DNA of 64,000 nt from Candidatus Gastranaerophilales bacterium (GCA_947624685.1 CANQLJ010000003.1:13067-77066), one strand, 5' to 3'; shown: positions 16,352 through 26,433, counted from the stretch's first letter. Notes: generated from the letters alone by a model not told the origin. Numbers and translations are program-made.

Positions 16352-17833
16352 ATGGGACAATTAAAAATAAAAGACGCAATCAAAGAAAACATCATAAAAA
16401 ACAAGTATTTAGCGGCTTTTATATTGTTGTTTTTCATATATTTTACATCCGGATTGACCCTTTGTTTTTTTAATGACGTTATCTTTAACAACATCGATGT
16501 TGTGCTCGATACGGACACAATGAGGGTATACCATGATTTTATTTATGTCGGGGGAAACCATAACAGAATTAATGTCCATCCGTTTCAACTTCTTGAAATT
16601 CAGCCGCTTGTTTTGTTTTTTAACACATTTTTGCATTCTCAAAGAGCCTCAGTGCTTGCGGTTTTGGCTTTTGGGGGAAGTGTATCCGTTTTGGCCTTAT
16701 ATTTTGCCTGTTTAAATTTCACAAACAAAAAAGACGCAAGCACGCTTATTTGCCTTATATATGGCTTTAGCTTTTCGGTTTTATTTTTTTCTTCGATACC
16801 CGAAGTGTATATTTTTGGCGGGTGTTTTATTTCTCTTTTTATCTGTTACATCAGCATTTTGTACAAAAATCAAAAGCCTTTGACCTATAAAAACCTTTTT
16901 ATTTTGGCTTTTTTAATCATACTGGGTTTTGGAATCAATATCCCGATTGCTTTTTCGGATTTTATTTTGCTTTTGTGGCTGATAATAAAATTAAACAAAA
17001 ATAATAAAAAGGCAATTTCTAATACATTAGTCGCATTAGGTATGATAATAGTTCTTTGGATCGGCTTTTCGCTTATGCAAAAACTTGCCTATACAACTTC
17101 ACCCGCCTTTTTAAAAAACGTCAGACAAGAAAGCCGCTGGCTGATGAAAAGGATGCACAATCCCGAAGAAATCAGAAGGACGGCAAGCGGGATATTCGTT
17201 CGAAGCTTTTATTCCACCCAATTACACAATATCCAAAATACAAAAGGAGAAATTGAGCACGTAGAGATAATATTTTATTGGTATCAAAAAATAACAAGAC
17301 AGCTTCCCGCAATTATTTTCTTTGTTATAACGATTTTTATTTGGATGTTTAATTATAAAAAATATCAAAACAAGGATTTGATGCTGGCTTTAACATTGAT
17401 TTTTCTTATAAATATATTTGAAAATTTTTTGTATTATCCTTGTAATTCGTTTTTGTTTTCGCAAAATTTTCTTCCCTATTTGATAGTTTTGATGGGGCTT
17501 ATATATTCTAAAATTCCAAAGAAAATATTATATATAGTGCTTTTGAGCTTTCTGGGCTATCAAATTATAACCAATCCTTCAAAACTTGCCTATATTGCTC
17601 GCTATATAAGCGCCGGTGGCAAAAGCCACATATTTAATTTTCTGATATTTATATTGTGTTCTTTTGTAACTTCGATATTTTTTGGTTTTATTTGTTTTAT
17701 TTATAATAAGTTTTTAAATAAAAATATAAAATATTTTGATATTCAAAGAAATTTTGAAATGCATCTTTGGCTTTATTTTGCTTTTATAACAATTTCTCTT
17801 ATTTTCACAATTTTTTATAAAGGAATAGTTTAA
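16352..17833 (+). CDS. Polytopic membrane protein, GT-C-fold glycosyltransferase-like (paralog 1)
   Basis: 493 aa with more than 10 predicted TM helices. It has a conserved first-loop block DTDTMRVYHDFIYVGGNHNRINVHPFQLLEIQPL and is clearly paralogous to the next gene. The function call is by genomic context only. Confidence 0.45.
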   Translation: MGQLKIKDAIKENIIKNKYLAAFILLFFIYFTSGLTLCFFNDVIFNNIDVVLDTDTMRVYHDFIYVGGNHNRINVHPFQLLEIQPLVLFFNTFLHSQRASVLAVLAFGGSVSVLALYFACLNFTNKKDASTLICLIYGFSFSVLFFSSIPEVYIFGGCFISLFICYISILYKNQKPLTYKNLFILAFLIILGFGINIPIAFSDFILLLWLIIKLNKNNKKAISNTLVALGMIIVLWIGFSLMQKLAYTTSPAFLKNVRQESRWLMKRMHNPEEIRRTASGIFVRSFYSTQLHNIQNTKGEIEHVEIIFYWYQKITRQLPAIIFFVITIFIWMFNYKKYQNKDLMLALTLIFLINIFENFLYYPCNSFLFSQNFLPYLIVLMGLIYSKIPKKILYIVLLSFLGYQIITNPSKLAYIARYISAGGKSHIFNFLIFILCSFVTSIFFGFICFIYNKFLNKNIKYFDIQRNFEMHLWLYFAFITISLIFTIFYKGIV

Positions 17834-17922
17834 TTTTTTAAATTATTTTAAAAATGTTTTAAAAATGTTTAAAAGTCGGTTTTTTTATGATACTATTAAC
17901 CCATATTGGAGTGAGATTTAAA

Positions 17923-19401
17923 ATGAATTCAAGAATAGTAAATTTTATATCAAAAAACAAACTTCTGTTTGTGTTTTTGTTTTTTGTGTTTATATATTTT
18001 TTCTCGGGATTGTTTATAAGCTTTTCCAATAATCATATTTTTAACGTCTTTGATATTATTTTTGGAGCAGATTGCCCTAGGGTCTATCAAGATTATGTAA
18101 ATATAACGGGGGATCACTATAGAATAAAGGTTCACCCATTTATGCTAATTGAACTTCAGCCGCTAATAGCTCTTGGGGGTGCTTTTTTACATTCTCTTAG
18201 AGCTTCCGTTTTTCTTGTTCAAGGCATTGCGGGCGCTATGGGCGTTGTTTTTTTAATTTTGAGCTTAATTAATTTTGAAATTAAAAAATCGCTTTCATAT
18301 CTGATTGGTTTTATCTATGGCTTGAGCTTCACTGTCTTGGTTTTTGTGTCGGTTCCGGAATTATATGTTTTTGGCGGTTTATTTAATATTTTATTTTTAT
18401 ACTATTTAAGCTCTTTACATAATAAAAACCAAAAACATAAACAACAATTAACCCTAAAAAATCTTTTTATTATATCAATTTTAATGATTTTAAATTTTGG
18501 GATAATTCCCATAAACATAGTTTATAACGTTATTTTATTTGTTTGGTTTGTTTTATATAATTTTAAAGATGATAAAAAACAGATACAAAAAGCGTTTTCT
18601 TTGGCGTTTTCCTTTTTTGTATTAATTTATTTTGCGTTCAGCTTAATTCAACATGCCGCTTATCCAAAGTCTCCGATGTTTTCTGAAGACGCTTCGGCTG
18701 ATAAACAGTATACGAATTTTAAAACAAGCAGACATACTTTAAAAATTCCTCTAAGAAATATGTTTGTCTATGGTTTTTATTCCGGCGGAATATATAGATG
18801 CGGCTGGAAGCTCAAACCTTCATATTGGCCAATTGCAAAATCTGTCGGGATAAACTTTAAATCGGTTCAAAAACCTTCGCATTATCTTTTTGCAATAGTG
18901 TTTTTGGGGTTTCCTTTTTTATACTATTGCACAAGATTTAGAGAATATAAAAAATATAACAGTCTGATTTTTACGCTTTTTGTTATATTGGCTTTGAGTT
19001 ATTTTCAGCTGTATTTTTATGGCAGAAGCGAAGGATTTATGTATATTCAAGATTTCTTTTGCTATTTATTGCTGCTTTTGGGTCTGTTATATAATAAAAT
19101 CAACAAAAAAATTGCGACTATCTTTTGCCTTGTTTTTATAATTAATATGATAATAGCTAATGTTGCAGGATTAGTAAAAATCAGGTTTACTTATTTTGAA
19201 GCTGGACAATATCTAACTTATTTAAAATATTTTCTTTGTTCCCTCATTACGACATTTGCCCTTGGAATATGTATATGGTATGGAAAATTAATTTGCGTTG
19301 AGAAAATTTCTAAGGACAAATATTTTTTCTATTTAAGCTGTTATTTATTTTTTATTATAACTTTTGCAATTTTTACAAGCTTGTTTAAAGGTGCGCTCTA
19401 G
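17923..19401 (+). CDS. Polytopic membrane protein, GT-C-fold glycosyltransferase-like (paralog 2)
   Basis: ATG at 17923 is preceded by ggagtgag. It has the block GADCPRVYQDYVNITGDHYRIKVHPFMLIELQPL and overall collinearity with 16352..17833. Confidence 0.45.
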   Translation: MNSRIVNFISKNKLLFVFLFFVFIYFFSGLFISFSNNHIFNVFDIIFGADCPRVYQDYVNITGDHYRIKVHPFMLIELQPLIALGGAFLHSLRASVFLVQGIAGAMGVVFLILSLINFEIKKSLSYLIGFIYGLSFTVLVFVSVPELYVFGGLFNILFLYYLSSLHNKNQKHKQQLTLKNLFIISILMILNFGIIPINIVYNVILFVWFVLYNFKDDKKQIQKAFSLAFSFFVLIYFAFSLIQHAAYPKSPMFSEDASADKQYTNFKTSRHTLKIPLRNMFVYGFYSGGIYRCGWKLKPSYWPIAKSVGINFKSVQKPSHYLFAIVFLGFPFLYYCTRFREYKKYNSLIFTLFVILALSYFQLYFYGRSEGFMYIQDFFCYLLLLLGLLYNKINKKIATIFCLVFIINMIIANVAGLVKIRFTYFEAGQYLTYLKYFLCSLITTFALGICIWYGKLICVEKISKDKYFFYLSCYLFFIITFAIFTSLFKGAL

Positions 19402-20262
19402 GTGATAAAAAATATTTTAAAAACGATGAAGATTAACCATTATCTAAAAAATCTAATCGTCATTTTGCCGTTGATTTTTTCTTTGAACATTTATAATATC
19501 CCAAAATGGGAAAAGTGTTTTGTTATTTTTATTGCTTTTTGTCTGATTTCTTCCAGCGTCTATGTAATGAACGATTTAATTGACTATAAAAATGACATAG
19601 CGCATCCTGAAAAATCAAAGCGCCCAATTGCAAGCGGACAATTATCCAAAAAATTTGCGCTTGTTTTATCGTTAATTTTGCTTATTTTAAGCTTATATTT
19701 AGGGTTTAGATTAAATATAATTTGTTTTTGTTTAATATTATCCTATTTTATCTTAAATGTGTTTTATTCAATTTATTTTAAAAAGATAGAATTAATCGAT
19801 GTTTTTTGTATTGCGCTCGGGTTCATCTTAAGAATCGTTGCGGGGTGTTTTGCAATAGCTGTAATACCATCGCCTTTGGTTATATTATTAACATTTTTTG
19901 TTTCAATGTTTTTCACTTTTTCAAAAAGAAAGCTTGAATTTGAGCTGATGAAAGAGGAGTGCAGAAAATCAATACAAAAATTTAATTTAAAGACACTTGA
20001 TTATCTGGTTTTAATTAATGCGGTTTTATCAATTTCATTTTATATTACCTATATGCTTGATGAAAATACGATTCAAAAGACAAACAGCGAATATTTATAT
20101 ATCACAACCATTCCTTTTGTGTTAATTATTTTTAGGTTATTTTATTTAGTGAACACTCAAACACAAAATGATGATCCTATATATTTTATTGAAAAAGACA
20201 AAGGTTTAAAATGGCTATTTTTAATTTATTTAATAACTCTTTTCATAATTTTGGCATTGTAA
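19402..20262 (+). CDS. UbiA-family prenyltransferase, decaprenyl-phosphate phosphoribosyltransferase-like
   Basis: HYLKNLIVILPLIF, VYVMNDLIDYKNDIAHPEKSKRPIASG (NDxxDxxxD plus HPxKxxRPxASG), FSKRKLE and IPFVLIIFRLFYL match the Rv3806c-type subfamily pattern as I remember it. Confidence 0.7.
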   Translation: MIKNILKTMKINHYLKNLIVILPLIFSLNIYNIPKWEKCFVIFIAFCLISSSVYVMNDLIDYKNDIAHPEKSKRPIASGQLSKKFALVLSLILLILSLYLGFRLNIICFCLILSYFILNVFYSIYFKKIELIDVFCIALGFILRIVAGCFAIAVIPSPLVILLTFFVSMFFTFSKRKLEFELMKEECRKSIQKFNLKTLDYLVLINAVLSISFYITYMLDENTIQKTNSEYLYITTIPFVLIIFRLFYLVNTQTQNDDPIYFIEKDKGLKWLFLIYLITLFIILAL

Positions 20263-20651
20263 AAAAATGGATTAAATTACCCAAAGAAATACGTTTTTCG
20301 TTTGTCGGCATATTTAATGCCGTGTTTGCATATTTTTTATATGCATCATTTTTGTTTTTGTTTGGTGAAAATCATCACCAGATTGCTCTTATATTAAGCT
20401 GGGTTATATCTTCTTTCACCTCTTTTTTGGCGCACAGGCATTATGTCTTTAGAATAAAAGGAAATATTATAAAACAATATTTAAAATGCGCTTCAACTTG
20501 GGTTTTTAGCTATTTGATAAACGCGTTTTTGTTGGAAGCGTTTATTAAACACAACATAAATTCCTATCTTGCACAGCTGGCTGCTTTAGTTATTGCGGGA
20601 GTGTTTACTTTTGTTGTTTTTAAAACGGTTGCGTTTAAAAAAGAAAAATAA
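20211..20651 (+). CDS. GtrA-like membrane protein
   Basis: 146 aa with 4 TM helices. FSFVGIFNAVFAYFLY...SFLAHRHYVFR is typical of the GtrA family. It overlaps the UbiA gene by 52 nt, and no later in-frame start occurs before the first TM helix. Confidence 0.6.
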   Translation: MAIFNLFNNSFHNFGIVKKWIKLPKEIRFSFVGIFNAVFAYFLYASFLFLFGENHHQIALILSWVISSFTSFLAHRHYVFRIKGNIIKQYLKCASTWVFSYLINAFLLEAFIKHNINSYLAQLAALVIAGVFTFVVFKTVAFKKEK

Positions 20652-20731
20652 ATTTTAAAAATATCGGCGCAAAAAATTTTCTTTTTGTGTTTTAAAATAT
20701 TGTGTGGATTAATTATGTAAAGGTATTAATA

Positions 20732-21409
20732 ATGATTTCTAAAATTTCATTCGGTTCAACTTATAATATTAAAAACACTAACGATGCTACAAAGAATCAA
20801 TCTTTGAAAAAATTCTGTTCACTTTTGCAAGACGGAATATGCAAGGCAAGTATCGTTGAAAAATCGACCGATGATAACGGAGAAGAATTCCCCTCAACAA
20901 TTGTTGTAAAAAATTCTGCCGATGTTTTATTGGAACAATTTTGTGCGGTATATGGAATTAAATATACAAAAACTTCCGACAGAGAGCTTTTGAACCCAAG
21001 CAACATCAAATCAAGAATCATTTTACCAAAAGAAGGCTATAGACTTGTCGAAGTCGATAACAATGAATTTCTTAAATTAATCAATCAATCCCAAAACTCT
21101 ACAAACTATTGGGACACTTCAAGAAATTATGACGTGTCATCATATACTGCTTTAATTGAACTTAAATCGGGAAAAGAAATTGAAGCTTCGACATTAGAAA
21201 TTTTGCCAAAGAATCCGCAAGATGAAATTAACAAAAGAACGGGCGCCGATATTAATTTAGGCGAAAACGGCGATATGTTTATTGCGCTTTCAAGAGTCGG
21301 GATGAAAAAAATTCCCGCTTATGTTGATGAAGAATCATATGAAACGGGTGTAAAACTGGGGCTTTTTAAAAAACCCTTAATTGATAAAAATGAAGACGAT
21401 TTAATTTAG
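20732..21409 (+). CDS. Hypothetical protein (ORFan)
   Basis: Start taken at ATG 20732 (MISKISFGSTYNIKN...). No motif recognised. Confidence 0.4.
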   Translation: MISKISFGSTYNIKNTNDATKNQSLKKFCSLLQDGICKASIVEKSTDDNGEEFPSTIVVKNSADVLLEQFCAVYGIKYTKTSDRELLNPSNIKSRIILPKEGYRLVEVDNNEFLKLINQSQNSTNYWDTSRNYDVSSYTALIELKSGKEIEASTLEILPKNPQDEINKRTGADINLGENGDMFIALSRVGMKKIPAYVDEESYETGVKLGLFKKPLIDKNEDDLI

Positions 21410-22398
21410 CCCCAAACTTCAAAATCCGGTTCTTCCATACACATACAATGTATTCCGCCTTCAAGATGGGACAGGAAATACATCATTTGATTTTTATATT
21501 GACTCTTGCAGGTTGAATCGAGCCCCTTAATAAAATAGACGTCTTTGATATTTTGAACTTTAGATTTTAATTCTTTTTCGAAAATTTCTTCAAGGGCGCT
21601 GTAATAAGGGTTTTTGCTTTTGGTTGAATTTGTGATATATGATATTGTGTTATCTGCGTGCTTGTTTACAATTGCATTAATGAAATTTGAGCTGCCATCA
21701 AACACGCCTGCGATTCTAATGGGTTCAAAGCCGTATGATAAAAGGGTTTCAATTAGCTTATTGTTTGTAATTGCGCTATAATTATATTCCGTTATTCTTT
21801 TATTGTTATAAAAATTTTCTCTTAAAGTCTTATAATCGGCATTATTTTCATATAAATCATCAATATATTTTTTTGAAAGTTCAAAGTCATTAACCAAAAT
21901 ATAAGGGTATCCAATCGGTCTTAGTGCCATATCGAGATGAAAATTCGGCTGGGGGATTTTTAAAATATTTTCTTTTTTGATTTTATAACGGTCCATAATG
22001 GCTTTTTTGCTTCTGCTATACAGGTCATCACTTCCTACCATCATCCATTTTTCGCCGTTTGGATATAATCCGATGAAACAATTACCCCCGGGGATATAGC
22101 ATGGGGATTTTTTGATATTAAAACCTAAGTCATTAAAATCTCTTATGGCTTCTTTTGGGGATTTTGTTTGAGAAGCGAGGATGAATTTTTTATCGTCATT
22201 ATTTAATATTGTTTGATAATCCTGAAGCCAGATGCCTCTGTGGTTTATAGCGTATGTATCAATGTTTTCTTTTTTGCAAAAATTTCTTATTTCATCTTGA
22301 AAAATATTATAAATATTATCTTGAACATAAATATTTTTTATAACAGCGGCATCATAGCCTTTAAAATTTTGACAGGGTTTATAAGAATTGATTTTCAT
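21406..22398 (-). CDS. Guanidino-group-modifying enzyme superfamily protein (agmatine / peptidyl-arginine deiminase-like)
   Basis: Ordered motifs GIWLQDY (WxxD), IPGGNCFIGLYPNGEKWMMVG (GGN...G), NFHLDMALRP (HxD) and C-terminal EGGIHCMCMEEP (GGxHC catalytic Cys). Confidence 0.5.
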   Translation of the reverse strand: MKINSYKPCQNFKGYDAAVIKNIYVQDNIYNIFQDEIRNFCKKENIDTYAINHRGIWLQDYQTILNNDDKKFILASQTKSPKEAIRDFNDLGFNIKKSPCYIPGGNCFIGLYPNGEKWMMVGSDDLYSRSKKAIMDRYKIKKENILKIPQPNFHLDMALRPIGYPYILVNDFELSKKYIDDLYENNADYKTLRENFYNNKRITEYNYSAITNNKLIETLLSYGFEPIRIAGVFDGSSNFINAIVNKHADNTISYITNSTKSKNPYYSALEEIFEKELKSKVQNIKDVYFIKGLDSTCKSQYKNQMMYFLSHLEGGIHCMCMEEPDFEVWG

Positions 22399-22486
22399 AA
22401 TTTTACAAAAACCAAAAAAATATTTTCTTGCCTTAAAAAAATGAGCGGGCTTAAAAAACTAAACCCGCTTTTGACCTAAAAATAAG

Positions 22487-23086
22487 TTAATTTCTAACCG
22501 TATCCTTAACATGCATAACCGTTTTTTTGATTTCTTCAAAATCTTTTTTGTCGTATAATTCTCTGCCGATTCCGACGGCGGTCGCTTTTGCGCTTAGGTA
22601 TTTTTTGATTTCGTTTAATTTTACAAATCCGCAAGGCAATAAATTCAAAAACGGCATTGGTTTTGTAATGTCTTTGATGTATTCATATCCGCCAAGTTCA
22701 TTAACAGGGTAGATTTTAATTAATGCCATTCTTGATTTCCAAGCGCTATAAGCTTCGTTTGGCGTTGTGGTGCTTGGGATTAAAAATGTTTTGTTGCATG
22801 CGCAAAAACGAACGAGATTCCCTTGGAATATCGGGCTCGAGATGATTTTTGCTCCGTTTGAAATTGCCTGCTGAGCTTGTTGGGTCGTGACTATTCCGCC
22901 TTGGGCAAAAATTATGTCATTGTATTTTTGAGACAATTCTCTTGTTACTTCAATCGGGCAATTAAGCTCAATCACCCTTAAACCGCCTTCGATATAGGCT
23001 CTTGCTATCATAAGCGCGAGATTTATATCGTCTTGCCTTATAATTCCATAAATTTTTTCCTGTTTGATAATGTCTAAAATTTTCAT
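22487..23086 (-). CDS. eda: KDPG/KHG aldolase family protein
   Basis: 199 aa. GGLRVIELN, GGIVTTQQAQQAISNGAKIISSP, IPSTTTPNEA and the Schiff-base Lys context LIKIYP fit the Eda family. Confidence 0.6.
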   Translation of the reverse strand: MKILDIIKQEKIYGIIRQDDINLALMIARAYIEGGLRVIELNCPIEVTRELSQKYNDIIFAQGGIVTTQQAQQAISNGAKIISSPIFQGNLVRFCACNKTFLIPSTTTPNEAYSAWKSRMALIKIYPVNELGGYEYIKDITKPMPFLNLLPCGFVKLNEIKKYLSAKATAVGIGRELYDKKDFEEIKKTVMHVKDTVRN

Positions 23087-23397
23087 GAGGCGAGCGCGGT
23101 TCTTTTTCTTTGGGGTTTTTCTTTAACAATTTGTTCGATATTTTTCAGGCGCAAAATTGAAATAGCTCTTTGAATTTCGCTATCGGCCACAATCCAACAG
23201 AGATTGTATTGAAAATTATTGATAAAACAGTATGTCGAACAAAATATTGCAACTTTTGTCGCATTTATGAGGTTCATTTTTGAAATATCAACATAACATT
23301 TGCCGTTTTCGATTTTACAGTTTAATTTTAATGAGGAGTCTTTTGTTTCGACGATGAATTTATCGTCGAAAAGCTTAATTTGTCTGATATTGTTCAT
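23083..23397 (-). CDS. Hypothetical protein (possibly STAS-like)
   Basis: 104 aa. Its stop overlaps the eda-like start (ATGA). No firm motif. Confidence 0.3.
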   Translation of the reverse strand: MNNIRQIKLFDDKFIVETKDSSLKLNCKIENGKCYVDISKMNLINATKVAIFCSTYCFINNFQYNLCWIVADSEIQRAISILRLKNIEQIVKEKPQRKRTALAS

Positions 23398-23507
23398 TAT
23401 TGTTTCTTTTTATGCTACAAATTAAGTATCGTAATTATTTTTCTAAATTTTAATCAGAGCAATTAAATCTAATACTTTTGGTGTATAATATTTTTATTGG
23501 AGGAAAA

Positions 23508-24047
23508 ATGATTTTGGATTCTGATAGTTTAAATGTTGTTATGAAAAATATAAAAGCCGTCGCTTTTGATGTGGATGGAGTTTTAACGGATGGGTCTTTA
23601 ACGTTTCTTGAAGATGGCAGAGAAATTAAAACATATAGTGCAAAAGACGGTCTCGGAATCGTTCTTTTAAATAAAGCAGGCATAATTACCTCAATCATTA
23701 CCGCAAGAGATAACGGCACCGTTTCACAAAGAGCAAAAACTCTTAAAATAAAAGAACTTTTTATGGGCCAAAAAAATAAAGTTGTGGCACTTGAACAATT
23801 GTGCGAAAAATATAATCTTTCAAAAGATAATGTCGCTTATATGGGAGACGATTTACCCGACATTTGTGTGCTTGAGCGCGTGGGGCTTAGTGCATGCCCA
23901 AAAGACGCTGTTTTTGAAGTTAAACAAAAATGTAATTTCATAAGTTCATTTAACGGCGGCAAGGGAGCAGTAAGAGAACTGTGCGATTTAATTTTAAAAG
24001 CCAAAAAAATCTCTTATGATATGTTAGATGGTGACTATCGTCAATAA
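23508..24047 (+). CDS. kdsC: 3-deoxy-D-manno-octulosonate 8-phosphate phosphatase (HAD-IIIA, KdsC/YrbI)
   Basis: FDVDGVLTDG, KDGLGI, GDDLPD and the GGKGAVRE motifs. GGAGG lies upstream of the ATG at 23508. Confidence 0.8.
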   Translation: MILDSDSLNVVMKNIKAVAFDVDGVLTDGSLTFLEDGREIKTYSAKDGLGIVLLNKAGIITSIITARDNGTVSQRAKTLKIKELFMGQKNKVVALEQLCEKYNLSKDNVAYMGDDLPDICVLERVGLSACPKDAVFEVKQKCNFISSFNGGKGAVRELCDLILKAKKISYDMLDGDYRQ

Positions 24048-24103
24048 TATACTACGTTATATATATGTTGAAGCAGACAAAAATATAAAATATTATTTTG
24101 TTT

Positions 24104-24394
24104 ATGAAAAGGTATTTATTAATATTTTTTATAATTTCAATGTTTTTTGATGGATGTACTTTGGCAAGTGATTTTGGCCAATATCGATACTCTAAATATA
24201 TCGGGCTTAGTAATCAGATTTACGCAAATCGTATGGCACAAAATCAGATGATGAGAAGAACAATGATGTATTACCAAAATCCGACTCACAACATTAGATT
24301 TCCAAATAAATATTCCAGATACCCAAACATCGAAAAAAACGGCTATAGCGTAAATTATCAATATCGAACCGGATATGGTTACAGATATTATTAA
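24104..24394 (+). CDS. Small lipoprotein-like protein, Y/R/N-rich
   Basis: MKRYLLIFFIISMFFDGC has a signal peptide and a lipobox-like Cys. The mature part is low complexity. Confidence 0.35.
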   Translation: MKRYLLIFFIISMFFDGCTLASDFGQYRYSKYIGLSNQIYANRMAQNQMMRRTMMYYQNPTHNIRFPNKYSRYPNIEKNGYSVNYQYRTGYGYRYY

Positions 24395-24608
24395 AACAAA
24401 AAGCGCATATCAAAATACAAAAAATAATCTTTGGCATTCTTTTAAATATAAAAGAGTGCTTTTTTATTGCACTTTATACAAAAATGTCAAGCGCAATATT
24501 ACTAAATTTAAAGATTTCAAAAAAAATTTACGTTATGAAATATTTGCGGATTTTCAAAGCAACTTATGTTATAACAATGATAAAGCAGAGAATATTTATG
24601 GGGGACAA

Positions 24609-25106
24609 ATGAGCCAGTATCTTAGTAAGGAAGAAATCAAACAATGGAGAAGCTCTTTAGAAAAAATCACTCTTGAAGAATATGCAAAGAAACTCGGAAA
24701 AGTTCTTCAAGAAGACAAAAAAACAAGCGACATAATCGACATTGTTATGAAAAATGAAAAAAGATTATTCACTTCAAGAGAAAACAAAAACTCTAAAGAT
24801 TCAGTTTTGAATGCTGCGAGAAATGCTCAGAATTTGCAGGATGAGATTTTGGAAACAAATCAAAATTCGCTGTTTAATTCAATTAAATCTCAGCTTAATT
24901 GTAAAAAGCCTCTGACTCAAAGAGAAGATGCGATTTTGGCGCATTTTATCGAAAATAAAGGCGAAATTGTTTATGCAAAAGACCTTGCGGTCATTTTAAA
25001 TTTGCCTACCGATTATGTTTATAAATATATTAAAAACTTGAGAACAAAAATATCTCAAGATATTTTACAAAATGCTGCAAAAGGCGGCTATATCTTCAAT
25101 ATGTAG
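24609..25106 (+). CDS. OmpR/PhoB-type winged-helix DNA-binding protein lacking a receiver domain
   Basis: Start at ATG 24609. The C-terminus LTQREDAILAHFIENKGEIVYAKDLAVILNL...VYKYIKNLRTKI...GGYIF follows the trans_reg_C pattern. The N-terminal 100 aa are coiled-coil-like. Confidence 0.5.
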   Translation: MSQYLSKEEIKQWRSSLEKITLEEYAKKLGKVLQEDKKTSDIIDIVMKNEKRLFTSRENKNSKDSVLNAARNAQNLQDEILETNQNSLFNSIKSQLNCKKPLTQREDAILAHFIENKGEIVYAKDLAVILNLPTDYVYKYIKNLRTKISQDILQNAAKGGYIFNM

Positions 25107-25173
25107 TTAATTGAAAAATTTAATTTATATTAAAAGTTTGCTCTATTTAAAATTGGCTTTATAATTGAATATT

Positions 25174-26430
25174 ATGGAAGTTATAAAATCAGATTTATTC
25201 ACACAAAGCTTAAAGCTAATTGATGAAATAATAAATGATTCAAAATATAATAGCGCAAACTTTTATTTTGAGGTTTTAAATTCGCTCTATCGTGTGTTTG
25301 GTGAATTTGACAAAAAAATTTCAATCAATATTTTCTTTTGTGAAAATATGGGCTATTGCCACAAAGCTTCAATTAAAGACGGGCAATATTTTGATATAAA
25401 ATATGATTTTAAATATGATATAAATGATTTTATTCTCTCGGATAAAAAGTATGAATATATAAAATTAAATGACGATAAATTATTTTATCAAAACGCCCTA
25501 TTAACAAAGCTTTCGATTCGAGAATCAATATTCGGGTTTATGGTTTTATCTTCAAATGATTTGATTTTTGATGAAACAAAAGACATTTTTAACACGATTG
25601 TAAATATAATAAGCTATAAAATCAAAGATTATGAATTAAACGACGTTTTTAAAATTCAATTGAAAGCCCTTCAGGATGCGATTATTGAAAAACAAAACGC
25701 CTATGAAGTAATTAAAAAGCAGCACAAAAAACTTCAAGAGCTCGATAAAACGAAATCTCTCTTTTTGGCTAACATCTCTCATGACCTTAGAACCCCATTA
25801 AACGCTATAATCGGCTTTTCTCAAGCACTGGATAGTAAAATATTCGGTGAATTGAATTCTAAACAAGTCGAATATATAAAAGACATTCAAATTTCAAGCT
25901 TACATCTTTTGGGGATGATTAATGAAATATTGGATATTTCAAAGCTTGAAGCAAATGCTATGAAATATTCTCCGATTGAGCTGAACCCAAAAAGAGTTAT
26001 AGAGGAGGTTAAATCGATATTAGCTCCTTTATATGAAAGCAAAAATATTAATGTCGAATTTATTTCAAACTTTGACGGTTTAATTAAGGCGGATTATCAA
26101 AAGTTCCAGCAGATTTTATATAATATTTTATCTAATGCGATTAAATTCACCTTTGAAAACGGAAAAATTGAAATTATTCAAGAAGCGATAAATAAAGACT
26201 ATATCTTGAAAATCAAAGATAACGGAATCGGAATAGATAAAAAATTTCACAATAAAATATTTAAAAAATTTGTTCACCTCGACACTATCCAGACAAACCA
26301 GGCTTCAACGGGACTGGGGCTCACTATTACCAAACAGCTTGTAAAATTACATAACGGCAAAATCACACTCGAGAGCGAATTGAACAAAGGCACGACTTTT
26401 ACGATGAATTTTAGAAAAATTGTTTTATAG
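25174..26430 (+). CDS. Sensor histidine kinase (cytoplasmic, GAF-like N-terminus)
   Basis: H-box FLANISHDLRTPLNAI, N-box ILSNAIKFT, G-boxes DNGIGI and GLGLTI. The start is either TTG 25165 or ATG 25174. Confidence 0.85.
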   Translation: MEVIKSDLFTQSLKLIDEIINDSKYNSANFYFEVLNSLYRVFGEFDKKISINIFFCENMGYCHKASIKDGQYFDIKYDFKYDINDFILSDKKYEYIKLNDDKLFYQNALLTKLSIRESIFGFMVLSSNDLIFDETKDIFNTIVNIISYKIKDYELNDVFKIQLKALQDAIIEKQNAYEVIKKQHKKLQELDKTKSLFLANISHDLRTPLNAIIGFSQALDSKIFGELNSKQVEYIKDIQISSLHLLGMINEILDISKLEANAMKYSPIELNPKRVIEEVKSILAPLYESKNINVEFISNFDGLIKADYQKFQQILYNILSNAIKFTFENGKIEIIQEAINKDYILKIKDNGIGIDKKFHNKIFKKFVHLDTIQTNQASTGLGLTITKQLVKLHNGKITLESELNKGTTFTMNFRKIVL

Positions 26431-26433
26431 AAT

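Noticed and set aside
16240-16642. Minus-strand ORFs 16240..16518 and 16409..16642.
   Set aside because: They overlap the start of the well-supported 493-aa membrane protein gene, have low-complexity translations and lack an RBS.
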